64,000 nt of DNA. It comes from the human T2T-CHM13v2.0 reference genome, Homo sapiens. Positions 47,945 through 63,324 of the stretch are shown here, piece after piece (positions within the stretch are counted from its first letter, which is position 1; every line of letters starts with the position of its first letter). Both the position numbers and the translations under genes were made by a program. The notes under the pieces were generated by a model. The model was given only the letters and a program-made list of their open reading frames with translations, did no database searches and was not told the origin of the DNA. Location: assembly GCF_009914755.1 (NCBI RefSeq), contig NC_060929.1. One strand, written 5' to 3'.

Positions 47945-49320
47945 GTCATACTGTATGATTCTAATTATATAACATTCTGAAAAGTAAACAGTAAAAAGAT
48001 AACTGGCCTCCAGGAGCTCGGGGAGAGAAGGTGATGCACGTAGGCATTTTTAGTCTAGTGAAGCTCTTTTAGCACAGTGAGACTTTTTGAAAATTGACTA
48101 GAGTTGGAGCAATCAGTGTAATCTCATGTTTAGCTTAATATACATGCCTACGCTTACATATAGAAATACTTATGAATATAAGCATATACATGGGTTAGTA
48201 TGCACATGTATATTTCCTTGCTCTGTCAGCTGAGAATACCTAAAAGCAATAATGCCCTAGTAATGATGAGTACGCTTAGCACTTGAATTTTGGTTTCTAC
48301 CCCTACTTTCTGATAAAAGAAACCAGGGCTCCTTGGAAAAAATGACTGATTCTAGGAGAAGGGCAAGAAATATACATGATAAGCCTGGAACATCTTATAG
48401 TGCCAGAAGTAAGAAAGTGCTAAAAAAAGAAAAAAAAAAACGAAAAAAGCTTCACTTTGATTAGTATATGTCAAAGGGACATAGGAGCCACAGAAAGAGC
48501 TCCCAATGGCCAATGCTGGAACAATTTAAGCAACAAATAAAGTAGAATTCAATTACAACACAAAGTATAAAATAAATATTCATGAGTTCATACTGATATA
48601 AATAAATGATTGCATAAATACATATATGAGGGAGAAGAGGCAAATCTGCCATGAAGAATTCCAAATAATTTATGTAGATAATCTACCAGCAAGGAGTGGG
48701 GGCATAACTCCTCACTCCCTAAGTGTGGGCCACACATAGTGACTTCCTTACCAAAAGCACAGCAAGAAAGAGGCCAGAGGAGAATAACTTTAGAGTGGAG
48801 AGGCCTAACAAACATTACCTTGACCAGGTGATCACAATCAACATCAACAGTGCAGTATGAACCTTTGACGTATGAAAACAACATCATTTTATCTTTGTAA
48901 GCTTCCTCTCCAAAACCTCAATCTAATCATGAAAAAACAGACAAATTTAACAGTGGGCATTCCACAAAATACCTGACCAGTACTCCTGAAAATGTCCAGG
49001 TGGTCAGAGAACAAAAAAAGTCTGAGACCGTGACAACTGAGAGAAGCTTAAGAAGGCATGCCAACTAAATGTAATGTGATAACTAGATGAGATGTTGGAA
49101 CAGAAGGACATCAGGTAAAATCCAAGGAAATTTGACTGAACTATGGACTTTAGTTAATAATAGTGAATCAATTAATACTGTCTATTAATTGTAATAAATG
49201 TACCATACTAATATAAGATGATAATCATAGGGGAAACTGGTGTGGGGTATGTAGGTATTCTCTATATTATCACCTCAATTTTTTTGTAAGTCTAAAATTA
49301 CTCTAAAAAATAAATCTATT
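47945..49320 (+). mobile_element. L1MC/L1MD 3' UTR fragments
   Basis: 'catactgtatgattc', 'tttccttgctctgtcagctgag', 'gaaaccagggctccttgga', 'gagctcccaatggcca', 'ctatggactttagttaataat', 'ggggaaactggtgtggggtat'. Confidence 0.8.
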
Positions 49321-50194
49321 TTTTCAAAAGTAGAGGATTTTATAAAATCATTTCAGACAAAGTCAATTTGAATGTATTAGTCAAATCATGATGTAATAAA
49401 TTAAGCCATCTTTTCAAGAAAGAATACCTATTTATAATACAATAATAACAATCAATGGTGACATTTTCTATTAAGCGTTTCAAAATTATTGCCTTATTTG
49501 ATACTCATCACACCTCTAAAAGAATGCGAAGAGATAAAAAAGCACTCCAGGTTTGTATTTATTGGAAAACATAAGAGATTATAAAATGCATAAAATGTCT
49601 TTATAATCAAAATACACCTGAAATTAATAAAGCAAAAACCATAGAAAATACACCACATGATTGAGCGGGTATTTTGCTTAATAACTGTGAAGCATCTCAG
49701 ATGAATTTCTCCCTTGGAAAGATTGCTTACTCTATTCAGTAAAATGTGCTTCTTAGTAAAATAGAGCATTGTCATTATCTGGCATCTCCCGTGCCTATGA
49801 ATTTCACATGGAAATACACTGGGTCCTACTTCTTAAGTAACCTTGACAGTAGCTTCCCAAATCTGAAAATAGAAATTCAAACAAGTTTTATGAAGTTGAA
49901 TATTTGTGCCTTATGCACTGAGCTGTGTGTTATGTACAATTTTAAAGTTAAGATGTTAAATAGAAATTCAAATAAGTGCTAGTGAGTTCTATATCTGCCA
50001 GTTAGTGTTTACACATCTGGAAGGCGTAATACTAAAAAAAAAAAAAAATCCAAAATTTCAACAACCTCTTGATAGCTTAAGAAGCTAAGATTCGAGAAAG
50101 TTTCTCCTTGAAGAAATACCATACCAAGGACAGCTTAAGGTGTAGAAATTGTCAACCCAGGAGGTCAACTGCAAACCTGTCACTAACTTCTAAT

Positions 50195-50585
50195 TAAATA
50201 TAGCATTTTCTTCTATTATATGCACTAGTAGTAGCAGTGATGTTTGGATACCTGTAACTTTATCTCCATTAGAAATGTCAGATATTTTAATATCATCAGT
50301 TATTTTTTGCAGATATCTTGAAGTACTATTTATGTTCCTCACTACTGGGATAGTTTTGTAGATTCATGTTACTCACTACTGAGATAGTCATTTAGCCTGT
50401 GCACTAGACCTTGCTTTTGATGCCTTAATAACGCATATAGCACAAAATTTTCAAAACATTTCTGTAAACATCTTTCAATAGTATTCATTTTTTTATTTTA
50501 TGCATTAAAAACATTATTTTGCAAAGGGACCCATAGGCTTCATAAGACTGCCAAAAGTATGTGGTACAAAGAATTAGGAATTTTT
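50195..50585 (+). mobile_element. hAT-Charlie element (MER113/MER112-like)
   Basis: 'aaaacattattttgcaaagggacccataggcttcataagactgccaaaa' resembles the MER113 terminus. Confidence 0.55.
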
Positions 50586-50916
50586 AATATGTGGTGAGAT
50601 ACAAATTCACTATGTGAATTGCATTTTGATTGAACTAGAATATCAATTTTACTAATCAATAATCCCCATACTGGACATCACATATTTCTCAAAAAAATTT
50701 TTTGCAATATATTCTCCATGAAATGATCTCGTTTAGCTAACTTTGTAGACCAGCCTTTCATACATGCATCATCAGAAGAAACTCAAGTGTTTTCTGCTAC
50801 TTCACCCTATGCAGTTCAAGTCCTAGGTAGAATTTTAGTGGCACCAGGAAATATTATGTTCCCATCTTCCTTCCTCCTCTACTAGTTTCATATTAATTAC
50901 TGATGCCTGTAACTTC

Positions 50917-50958
50917 CTTAAGAAACCAAACTTAAGAAACCAAACTTAAGAAACCAAA
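50917..50958. repeat. Perfect 14-bp tandem repeat x3 (cttaagaaaccaaa)
   Basis: Units at 50917, 50931 and 50945. Confidence 0.95.
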
Positions 50959-52409
50959 AAAATAAAAGTTTTTGCATATTAATTAGGGATAAGAATTAAT
51001 AGATTCAAGTACACCCTAGAAAGAGCAGTTACTTAAATTCACAGAAGTATAAATATCTGACAACAGCCCATTTCCTGAAGGAAAGTTTTGACAGGAAGAC
51101 AGTGCAATTAGAAAGAAGTATCAAGGAGGGAGGGGAAAGCACACAGCAAGAGAAACTAGTCTCTCTCACACTCTTGCCTAGAGTCACCCCTAAATCTCAA
51201 TGATCCACTTAATTCTAGTATCCTAACTTCCAATTTCTGGATTTCCCATTTGTCAAACAGCAATGATAACATGGCGCTTTTCACCCAGGTATTGGCTGTA
51301 TAGTGAAGACTGCCAGCCTCCTGGGTATCAAATGCTTCGCACTCATTCAAGCAAATGTCCTATGCAACAATCAGTAGTGGCAAAAACCATTTCTTCTTTG
51401 TGATGGATCTCACCATGTCCTCTCCCTCTCTCATAATGTAGCTCTTCAATCCCTAGGTTTCCCACAACACAGGAAGAGTGCAATTACATGTGTTTTTAGG
51501 CTGACTCATTTTCTGATGGTAATGATCAGTATTTAAGCTAATTAGAAAGATTCTTTTGATGTCTTTTATTTCATTCACAATTAGTGTCCTGCTGTATATG
51601 TATTTTTAAATAAACGCCCAGCCAGTAGTGGGAAGAGAAAGAATCATTTTACTATCCTCAATGTCTATCTGGTTTCGGGGAATTGCTCATCACCTGGCTG
51701 CCTCTCTCTCTCGAAGAGCACATAAAATGTAAGATGTTAAGAAGTAGTGACTGAGCCACTCTGTGCTGCCTCTGCTAATGGAATTCTGAATCCAGGTCCA
51801 TTGGGAACCTGATATGAGAAGGGCCAAAAGTCTTATGATGGTCTCTCTCCTTTGAGTCAATTTCCTGTTTCCACCAAGTTCCTGTAAAGTAGATGGGATG
51901 CAGAGGTTGGAGACTGGTCTGGAAAAGTGTGAGGTGAGGGACTCTTTTCAGTTTAGGAGAGCAAGAAGCACAGGAGGGCCCATGAAAAGTCTGCAAAGGT
52001 GGGGAGTCCTTCCCAAGACAGTCTTCAGCATCTTAATTAACCACTAGCTTTTTAATCAAAAGACTGCTGTTCCACTGCTTGAAACTAGGAAACTCAGAGT
52101 GTTAGTCTTTAGCCGAATGTGTTTTCTAACAGGTCACAGAGGCATTATCAGGGCCTATCAATATCAGCCTGTACAACGAGGGTGATTGCAGTCTGTGGCA
52201 AAACCCAAAAGAGACTCAAAGTCAGAGAGACTATTCGCAGGTTTTCCAGGAGCTACACTACCACTGTGATTAAGGTGTACTCAGTTGTTACAGTGGGAAT
52301 TCATTCAGTCAGCATTTAAGATGAACCTGTTTATGCTATAGAGAATCCTAAGGTGTGATACTTGCCCTGAAAGTGCTCACAGTCTTGGGTAGAAATGATG
52401 TGCTGGGCC

Positions 52410-52735
<326 letters not shown>

Positions 52736-53289
52736 TCATACAGCATGGGCTATTATCTATGAAGAGATGTTACAGAGTGCTGCAGATGGGGCTCACCAAA
52801 AGAGCACCTCTGGGACCTCAGCAGGAAACTCCACGTACATTTAAAGATGACAACATAGATGGTGATCACTAACTTATCTATGCAGATGTGGCTGCCATTC
52901 TGGAGGAAAAAAAAAAAAACTTCTCTTCCCCTCTTCTTTGCCTGAATATGAAGACTGACTCTGGTTTAGAGCTGCAGAAAGTGCTTGCTGTTCTGGATGT
53001 GAGGGTGCTCCCAGTTGTCCTCCTTAGTTTTGTTCTAAAAAAAAGTCAACTTTCTGTCCAAGTGCTGTAGGCCATCCTCATTTACTCCTGGATAACCCCT
53101 AAAATTAATACCCATCATTTGAAATGACTGATTAAGGTTTACTCAAAAGTGAAAAAAAAATTATCAGTCTAGCTTCTATGTAGTATTATCTCTTTCTCAA
53201 TTACCATCTGCTTAGTTATACAATTTCACCTCTCACTATTCTACCTTCTCGCACACTTACACACTACTCTAGCACAAACACGCACACAC

Positions 53290-53645
53290 ACCAACACCAT
53301 ACTGCTGCAGCTGTGAACATCTCTCAGGTCTGCAGCGTGCCATTCTCGTTCACAGCTTCAAGCCAGAGAGCATATCATTGCCCTGAATAGAATACCTTTT
53401 TTCTCTTCTTTGCTTGGTGAATTTCTATTTGTCTTTCCCATTGAGCCATGACTAACACTATGACACTTCCATCCCTAAAAGTCATTCTTTCATGTTGCCA
53501 CTCTTACCTCCATCATAGCATTGATAGCACATTCAATTGGGTTGTTTCCTTATGTGACTACCTCTCCAAAATTTAATGGTTATTTTTCAAGCACTTAGAA
53601 TGGTTCCTGGCCAAAAAAAAAAAAAAAAAATCACTGATGAATTAA
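53290..53645 (+). mobile_element. L2 3' fragment
   Basis: 'ccctgaatagaatacc...ctttgcttggtgaatttctatttgtc...atcatagcattgatagcac...gcacttagaatggttcctggc'. Confidence 0.55.
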
Positions 53646-54288
53646 TAAAGAAAGTAACAGCCTATTTCTCCAATAAAACTGGTTTTCAGCAAGCATCAAC
53701 TTAGTGCTGATAAACCAGCTGCATTACAATAAATCTGGATGATCTAAACTTGTCATTTTAAGCCATAATTATAGCTCAGAGATGACACTGAAGAAACAGT
53801 TAAAAGATTGGGTGCAAATTTGTAACTCAAGGAAGTCTGAGAGTTCTTAGAAAAAAATAAGATAGAGCTTCTCCTCTGCATATCTCCAATTTGCTCTATA
53901 ACTTGATTGAGTCATGGCCACACTCTGTCTAGAAGACATAGCAAGGTCACTCTGAACTTGATTCAGTTAAGGAAGAGCAGCAGGCAGCAAGTTTCATCAT
54001 TTCTAACCCGTATCAGCTACTACACAAGAGCAAGAGAAATCAAATCTCAAACATTTTTGAACACTCCAAATGCCCAATTCTGCACTCAGTCCTGAAATGG
54101 TGGACTCCCTGATGCTTATGCTTGGAAAGGATCTTGCAATAAACTGTCTGACTTATTCTCAAAGTAAGAATGTTCTCTACAATATGTGGGGAAGATACTC
54201 ACTTATCTCCACTTGAAAATGTCTACAGACAAAACACTCCTTACTCTATGAGTTGTCTATCTATCAACTTCAAACGCATGTAAAGTAC

Positions 54289-54638
54289 TGTGTTAATCCA
54301 TTTTCATGCTGCTGATGAAGACATTCCCGAGACTGGGCAACTTACAAAAGAAAGAAGTTTAATGGACTTACAGTTCCACAGGGCTGGGGAGGCCTCACAA
54401 TCATGGAAGGCAAGGAGGAGCAAGTCACATCTTACGAGGATGGTGGCAGGCAAAGAGAGAGAGAGCTTGTGCAGAGGAACAACTCTTTATAAAACCATCA
54501 GATCTCATGAGACTTATTCTCTATCATGAGAACAGCATTGGAAAGACTTGCCTCCAACATTACCTCCCATCGGGTCCCTCCCACAACACATGGTAATTCA
54601 AAATGAGATTTGGGTAGAGACACAGCCAAACTATATCA
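54289..54638 (-). mobile_element. THE1B/C MaLR solo LTR, inserted in a MIR tail
   Basis: 'tgtgttaatccattttcatgctgctgat...cagatctcatgagacttatt...gagatttgggt...acacagccaaactatatca'; perfect TSD agtac (54284-88 and 54639-43). Confidence 0.93.
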
Positions 54639-56151
54639 AGTACATGGCATAGTACCTGCCACACAGTAATTGTTCAATAAATGTTAGTTATTGACATTAT
54701 TATCATTATCAACTCTCAAACCCTTTTTTATTTTACTAACAATTCCTTCTTTTAAGATATAAAACATACAAGGAGCAAAAAAGTATGTTCAGTACACCTC
54801 AGTTTGTATAAAAAATGATAAATATAGATATATGATGATTTGTGTAAGTATGTATGTGTGACCATGCTTACAAAGCTGCTTGAAGGAGTCCCCAACTGCC
54901 ACAGCAGATGATGTTCATTGTGAAAACTCAAATGTCCACATCAGAGATGCTATCCCCTATCCTCTGATGCCAGGATGCTGCTAGGCCTGGTGCCACAGCG
55001 AGATGAAAAGCCTCTACCCTATCTTATTCTATACTTTGTCACCTGCACCTTGAAGGAGTATTGCTATATCCAAAGTTCCATAAAATCCATCATGTAAGCC
55101 AATCCAAGACTCTGGACAGGCAGTCATCTTCCCCATCTTCTACCTCCCCAAGGATCAGCTGTTAATCACCTACAGTACTTACCCTTGCTTTGGGAGAACA
55201 GCAAACACAAAATATTTCCACAAGAATGCACAACTATTACTGTATCAAGCATAATAAATTCCCACTTGGGAAAGGAAATTATCTAAAGGGCATAGTGTCT
55301 ACAGGGATACAGCTCTGGCTAAACCATGAACACCTTTCAACGTTGTCATATAGAGCAGTTTAGTTACTGAGAGTCACAGCTCTTAAATATACACTTTTCT
55401 ATCTACAATTACAAAACCAACTAGCCTATTCTTGTGGTATCTCCAACAAAAGAACACTTTCTGCTAAAAGGTAAGTTATTCTCTGTTGAGAGACGTTGCA
55501 GAGGGCTGCAGATGGGGCTCACCAAAAGGTATATTCACTTCTCTAGCTCATGCAGATAGACTTGCCACTTTGAAATAACAGGTGAGTTTTATCCCCACCT
55601 TCTGCTATTCCCATGCAGATTTCAAATATCTAAAAATCTAAGATCTAAGAGCCAAGTATTAGTCAGAACTCAGATCACAGGTATTTGTGTTCTCTTCCCC
55701 AGGAATTTCTGTAAGAAGCTCACAGACTAGCACTGGGATCTTTGCTTGGCTATCCAGCCACCTAAAATTTATTCATTAGTTTTTTTTATATTGAATTTTT
55801 TTTATTTCAATAGGTTTTTGGGGAACAGGTGGTGTTTCATTACATGAATAAGTTCTTTAGTGGTGATTTCTGAGATTTTGGTGCATCCATCACCCGAGCA
55901 GTGTACACTGTACCCAATGAGTAGTCTTTTATCCCTCGCCAACCCCCACCTTTTCCCCCAAGTCTCCAAAGTCCAATTTATCATTCTTATGCCTTTGCAT
56001 CCTCATAGCTTAGCTCCCACATGTGAGAACATAACAATGTTTGGTTTTCCATTCCTGAGTTACTTCACTTAGAATAATAGTCTCTAATTCCATCCAGGTT
56101 GCTACAAATGCCATTATTTCATTCCTTTTTATGGCTGAGTAGTAGTCCATG

Positions 56152-56348
56152 GTGTGCGTGTGTAGATATATATATGTGTGTGTGTGTATATATATATATA
56201 TACACACTGTTTTCCATATATATGTGTATGTATAAATGTATATATGTATATATATGTATATATATGTATGTGTATATATATATGTATGTGTACATATATA
56301 TGTGTGTGTGTATATATATATATGTGTGTGTGTATATATGTATCTATG
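56152..56348. repeat. Mixed (TG)/(TA) low-complexity microsatellite inside the L1PB 3' region
   Basis: Direct reading. Confidence 0.9.
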
Positions 56349-59300
56349 CACTGTTTTCCATAGTGGTTGTACTAGTTTACATTCCCACCAATAGTATAGA
56401 AGTGTTCCCTTTTCACCAGATCCACACCAACGTCTTTTTTTTTGTTATTATTATGGCCATTCTTGCAGGAGTAAGGTGGTATTACATTGTGGTTTTGATT
56501 TGCATTTCCCTGATAATTACTGACATTGAGCATTTTTCCATATGCTTTTTGGCCATTTGTATCTTCTTTTGAGAATTATCTATTCATGTCCTTAGCCCAC
56601 TCTTTGATGAGATTGTTTTATTCTTGCTGATTTGTTAGAGTTCCTTGTAGATTCTGGATTAGTCCTTTGTTGGATGTATGGATTGTGAAGACTTTTTCCC
56701 ACCCTGTGGATTGTCTGTTAACTCTGATGATTATTTCTTTTGCTGTGCAGAAGCTTTTAATTTAGTTAAGTCTCATCTATTCATCTTTGTTTTTGTTGCA
56801 TTTTCTTTTGGATTCTTGGTCATGAAGTCTTTGCCTAAGCCAATCTCTAGAAGGGTTTTTCTGATGTTATCTTTTAGAATCTTTATGGTTTTAGGTCTTA
56901 GACTTAAGTCTTTGATCCATCTTGAGTTGATTTTTGTATAAGATGAGAGATGAGGATCCAGTTTCATTTTTCTACGTGTGGCTTGTCAATTATCAATTAT
57001 CCCAGCACCATTTGTTGAATAGGGTGTCCTTTCCCCCCTTTATGTTTTTGTTTGCTTTGTCAAAGATCAGTTGGCTATAAGTATTTGGCTTTATTTCTGG
57101 GTTCTCTATTCTGTTCCATTGGTCTATGTGCCTATTTGTATACCAGTACCATGTTGTTTTGGTGACTATGACCTTATAGTACAGTTGGAAGTTGGGTAAT
57201 GTGATGCCTCCAGGTTTGTTCTTTTTGCTTAGTCTTGCTTTGGCTATGTGGGTTCTTTTATAGTTCCATATGGATTTTAGGATTGTTTTTCTAGTTCTGT
57301 GAAGAATGAGGGTGGTATTTTGGTGAGAATTTCATTGAATTAGTAGATTGCTTTTGGAAGTATGGTCATTTTCACAATATTGATTCTACCCATCCATGAC
57401 CATGGGATGTGTTTTCATTTATTTGTGTCATCTATGATTTCTTTCAACAGCGTTTTGCAGTTTTCCTTGTAGAGGTCTTTCACCTCCTTGGTTAAGTGTA
57501 TTCCTATGATTTTTTGTTTTTTGGGTTTGTTTGTTTGTTTTTGCAGCTATTGTGAAAGGGGTTGACTTCTTGATTTGATTATCAGCTTGGCCACTGTTGG
57601 TATGTAGGAGAGCTACTGATTTGTGTACATTAATTTTGTGTCATAAAACTCTGCTGAATTCATTTACCAGTTCTAGGAGCTTTTCAGGTGAGTCTTTAGG
57701 GTTTTCTAGGTGTACTTTCATATCATCAGCAAGCAGTGACAGTTCTACTTCCTCTTTATCAATTTAGGTGCGCTTTATTTCTTTCTCTTGTCTGATTGCT
57801 CTGGCTAGGACTTCCAATGCTATGTTGAATAAAAGTGGTGAAAGTGAGCATCTTTGTTTTGTTCCAGTTCTCAGGGGGAATGCTTTCAACTTTTCCCCAT
57901 CTAGTAAAATATTGGCTGTAGGTTTGTCATAGATGGCTTTTATTACCTTAAAGTATGTCCCTTCTATGCTGATTTTGCTGAACGTTTTAATCTAAAGAGA
58001 TGCTGGATTTTGTCAAATGCTTTTTCTGTGTCTATTGAGATGATCATGTAGTTTTTGTTTTTCATTCTGTTTATATGGGCATCACATTTATTGAGATACG
58101 TATGTTAAACCATCCTGGCATCCCCGATATGAAATCCATTTGATCATGGTGGATTATCTTTTTGATATGCTGTTGAATTTGGTTCACTAGTATTTTCTTT
58201 AGGATTTTTGCATCTATGTTCATGAGGGATATTTGTCTGTAGTTTTCTTTTTTTGTTATGTGCTTCCCTGGTTTGGGTATTAGGGTGATACTGGCTTCAT
58301 AGAATGATTTAGGAAGGATTCCCTCTTTCTCTATCTTTTGGAATAGTGTCAATAGGATTCGTACCAATTCTTTGAATGTCTGATAGAATTCAGCTGTGAA
58401 TCCATCTTGTCCTGAACTTTTTTTGTTGTTGGCAATTTTTAAATTAACATTTCAATCTTGCTGCTTGTTATTAGTCTGTTTAGAGATTCGATATATTCCC
58501 GGCTTAATCTAGGAGGATTGTATAACTCCAGAAATTTATCCATCTCTTCTAGGTTTTCTAGTTTGTGCATGTAAATGTGTTCATAGTAGCCTTGAATAAT
58601 CTTTTGTATTTCTGTGGTATCAGCTGTAGTATTTCCCATTTCATTTCTAATTGTGCTTATTTGGATCTTCTCTCTTCTTTTCTTGGTTAATTTCCTTAAT
58701 AGTCTATCAATTTTATTTATCTTTCCAAAGAACCAGCTTTTTGTTTCATTTATCTTTTGTATTTGTTTGTTTGTTTCAATTTCATTTAGTTCTGCTCAGA
58801 TCTTCATTATTTCTTTTCTTCTGCTGGGTTTGGGTTTGGTTTGTTCTTGTTTCTCTAGTTCCATGAAGTGTGACCTTAGATTGTCTATTTGTGCTTTTTT
58901 GGACTTTTTGACATAGGCATTTAATGCTGTGAACTTTCCTCTTAGCACCACTTTTGCTGTATCCCAGAGGTTTTGACAGGTTGTGTCAGTACTATCACTT
59001 GGTTCAAAGAATTGTTTGAATTTCCATCTTGATTTCATTGTTGACCCAATGATCATTCAGGGGCAGGTTATTTAATTTCCATGTATTTGCATAGTCTTGA
59101 GGGTTGCTTTTGGATCTGACTTCCAATTTTATTCCACTGTAGTCTGAGAGAGTACTTGAAATAATTTCAGTATTCTTAAATTTACAGAGACTTGTTTTGT
59201 GGCCTGTCATATAGTCTATCTTGGAGAATGTTTCTTGTGCTGACGAAAAGAATGTATATTCTGCAGTTGTTGAGTAGAATGTTCTGTAAATATCTGTTAA

Positions 59301-59584
59301 GTCAATTTGTTGTAGGGTATAAGTCCATTGTTTGTTTGTTGACTTTCTGTCTTGATGATCTATCTAGTGCTGTCAGTGGAGTATTAAAGTCACCCACTAT
59401 TATTGTGTTGCTGTCTAACTCATTTCTTAGGTCTAGTTGTAATTGTTTTATAAACTTGGGAGCTCCAGTGTTAGGTGCATATATGTTTAGAATTAGAATA
59501 TTTTCCTAATGGAATAGCCCTTTCATCATTATATAATGTCCTTCTTTGTCTTTTTTAACTGCTCTTGCTCTAAAGTTTGTCTGA

Positions 59585-59932
<348 letters not shown>

Positions 59933-62278
59933 GCATGGAATATCTTTTTCCACCCCTTTACCTTAAGTTTATGTGAGTCCTTATGTGTTAGATGAGTCTC
60001 CTGAAGACAACAGAAACTTGTTTGGTGAATTCCTATTCATTCTGCCATTCTGTGTCTTTTAAGTGGGGCATTTAGTCCATTTACATTCAATGTTTATATT
60101 GAGATGTGAGGTACTATTCTATTCATAATGTTATTTGTTGCCTGAATACCTTGTTTTTTTTTTCTTTCATTGTGTTATTGTTATATAGGTCCTGAGATCT
60201 ATGCTTTAAGGAGGTTCTATTTTGACGTATTTTGAGGATTTGTTTCAAGATTTAGAGCTCCTTTTAGCAGTTCGTGTAGTGCTGGCTTGGTAGTGGTGAA
60301 TTCTCTCAGCATTTGTTTGTCTGGAAAGGACTGTTATCTTTCCTTCATTTGTGAAGCTTAGTTTTGCTTGAATACAAAATTCTTGGCTGATAATTGTTTT
60401 GTTTAAGGAGGCGAAAAATAGGACCACAATCCTTTCTAGCTTTCAGGGTTTCTGCTGAAAAACTGTGCTGCTAAACTGATAGGATCTCCTTTATAGGTTA
60501 CCTGATGCTTTTGCTCGCATCTCTTAAGATTCTTTCCTTCCTCTTGACTTTAGATAACCTGATGACTATGTGCCTAGGTGATTATCTTTTTGTGATGAAT
60601 TTCCCAGGTGTTTTTTAAGCTTCTTGTATTTGGACGTCTAGATATCTAGCAAGGCTGGGGAAGCTTTCCTCAAATATATTTTCCAAACTTTTAGATTTCT
60701 CTTCTTCCTCAAGAACACCAGTTATTCTTAGGTTTGAACGTTTAACATAGTCCCAAACTTCTTGGAGGCTTTGTTCATTTTTTTTTATCCTTTTTGTCTT
60801 TGACAGATTAGGCTAATTCAAAAGCCTTGTCTTTAAGCTCTGAAGTTTTTTCTTCTTGTTTGATTCTACTGTGGTGATTTTCCAGTGCATTTTGCATTTC
60901 TCTAAGTGTGTCCTTAATTTCCATAAGTTGTGATTGTTTTTTATTTATGCTATGTATTTCACTAAATAATTTTTCTTTCATATCCTGTATCATGTTTTTT
61001 ATTTCTTTCAGTTGGACTTCACCTTTCTCTGGTGCCTCCTTGATTAACTTAATAATCAACCTTCTGAATTCTTTTTCTGGCAATGCAGAGATTTTATCTT
61101 GGTTTGGATCCATTGCTGATGAGCTGGTATGATCTTTTGGGGGTGTTAAAGAACCTTGTTTTGTCATACTACCAGAATGTTTTTCTGGTTCCTTCTCATT
61201 TGGGAAGACTATGTCAAGGTCTGCTGTTCAGATTCTTTTGTCCCATGGGTTGCTCCCTAGATGTGGTGTTCTTCCCCTTCCTCTAGGAATGGGGCTTCTT
61301 GAGAGCCAAACTGCAGTGATTGTTTTTCCTCTTCTGGGTCTAGCCACCCAGTGGACCTACTGGGTGGCAGGCTGGTACTGGCAAGTGTCTGCAAAGAGTC
61401 CTGTGATGTGATTCACCTTCAGGTCTTTCAGCCATAGATACCAGCACCTGCTCCAGTGGTGGTAGCAGGGGAGCAAAGTGGACTCTATGAGGGTCCTTGA
61501 TTGTGTTTTTGTTTAGTGTGCTGATTTTGTGTTGGTTCTTCTCCAGCAGGAGGTGGTGCTTTCAAGTGCACATCAGCTGTGGTCCTATAGGGAGGATGCA
61601 AACTTGCTCTAGGAATACCTGGTTAAGCATTCAGGTTTCTCAGGTGGTGGGCAGGGCCAGAGAGCTTCCAAGAGATTATGACCTTTGTCTTCAGCTACCA
61701 GAGCAGGTAGAAAAAGACCACCAGGTTGGGGCAGGGATAGGTGTGTCTGAGCTCAGCCTCTCATTGCCCGGGGCTTGCTGCTGCTGGTGTTGGTGATGGG
61801 GGTGTGGTTCTCAGTCCAATGGAGTTATATTCCCAGGGGGATTATGGCTGTCTCTGCTGAGTCTTAAAGGTTGGCCGGGAAGTGGGAGAAAGCCAGTAGT
61901 CACAGGGCTCACCTCGCTCCCATGCAGCCCTCAGTCCTGAAGGCCAGTCTCACTCCTTCAATGCCCCCACAACAACACCAAGTCTATTTCCAGACATCTG
62001 GTGACCAGGGCTTAGAATTTTCCCCAGACCACGAGCCTCTGCATTGAGAAAGCAAGCCTACTCACAGTTTTTTGGCATCTCAGGGAGCCTGCAGTGGTCA
62101 TCCAGTTCCTTTTAAGTGTCTGTGGATTCTCTTGGCTTTCCTGGTATGCTCCTGCGGTATAGTTCTTGGAGCAAAAGTTGACAATATGAGTCTCCACATG
62201 CTGCTCTGTCCATCCAATAGGGAGCTGTAAGCTAGTCCTGCCTCCTGTCTGCCATCTTCACTAGTAGTTTCTCATTAG

Positions 62279-62627
<349 letters not shown>

Positions 62628-63324
62628 TGAACCATACACCCTTCACTATTGCTTCCCCTGTATATGTTCCCCGTTCAGGGAGTGTCTACATGACTAAATG
62701 CAGAAAATCATGCAGAGTTCCATTTCCACCAATTCCATTAACAGCCTGCTTAGCTTATTTTTTATTCCCATGAAAATCTTTCTAAATTAAGGTAGAAATC
62801 AATGAAAAGGTGAAGTATGTGCAGTGCAAAGGTGCAGCATTTCTAGTGTTACTGTTTGAACAAAAGAAAAGACTGTACATAGGCATATGCTCATATAGAT
62901 GTGAAATATCTCTGGAAGGACATACACAATGTGGTAATGGTGCCAAGGTAGTTAGGTGATAAGGTACAATCCTAGGTGATAAGGCAAAAACAAAAGTAAA
63001 ATTCTATTTCCTGAAGCCTCAAGAAGCAACTCTGGAAAAACATGTATGTGCTTTTCATTGTATGTCCTTCTAGGTGTTTTCAATTTTAAAATATGTTCAT
63101 ACACTAGGCATTCAAAAAAGTTATAAAGAAATATTGCACAATGCTGAAATAGCCTCAATACATTTGGAATTAATTTTGAATTCAGAAATTCTGGAGTCAA
63201 TTCTTCCTTGACATAGACTTTTTTTTTTTTTTGTCTCTTATCAATATCAAAACTTTCCAAGCCCTATCTCCCAGACCACCAGAGAAACTACCAGCTTCTC
63301 ACTTAAAGTAAATAAGTAAGTAAA

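Noticed and set aside
50917-50958. Short direct repeats as a CRISPR-like array
   Set aside because: Head-to-tail tandem units with no spacers, in primate DNA with no cas genes.
56010-56572. ORFs rich in YI/YT/CV repeats
   Set aside because: Translations of the TA/TG microsatellite and L1 3' sequence.
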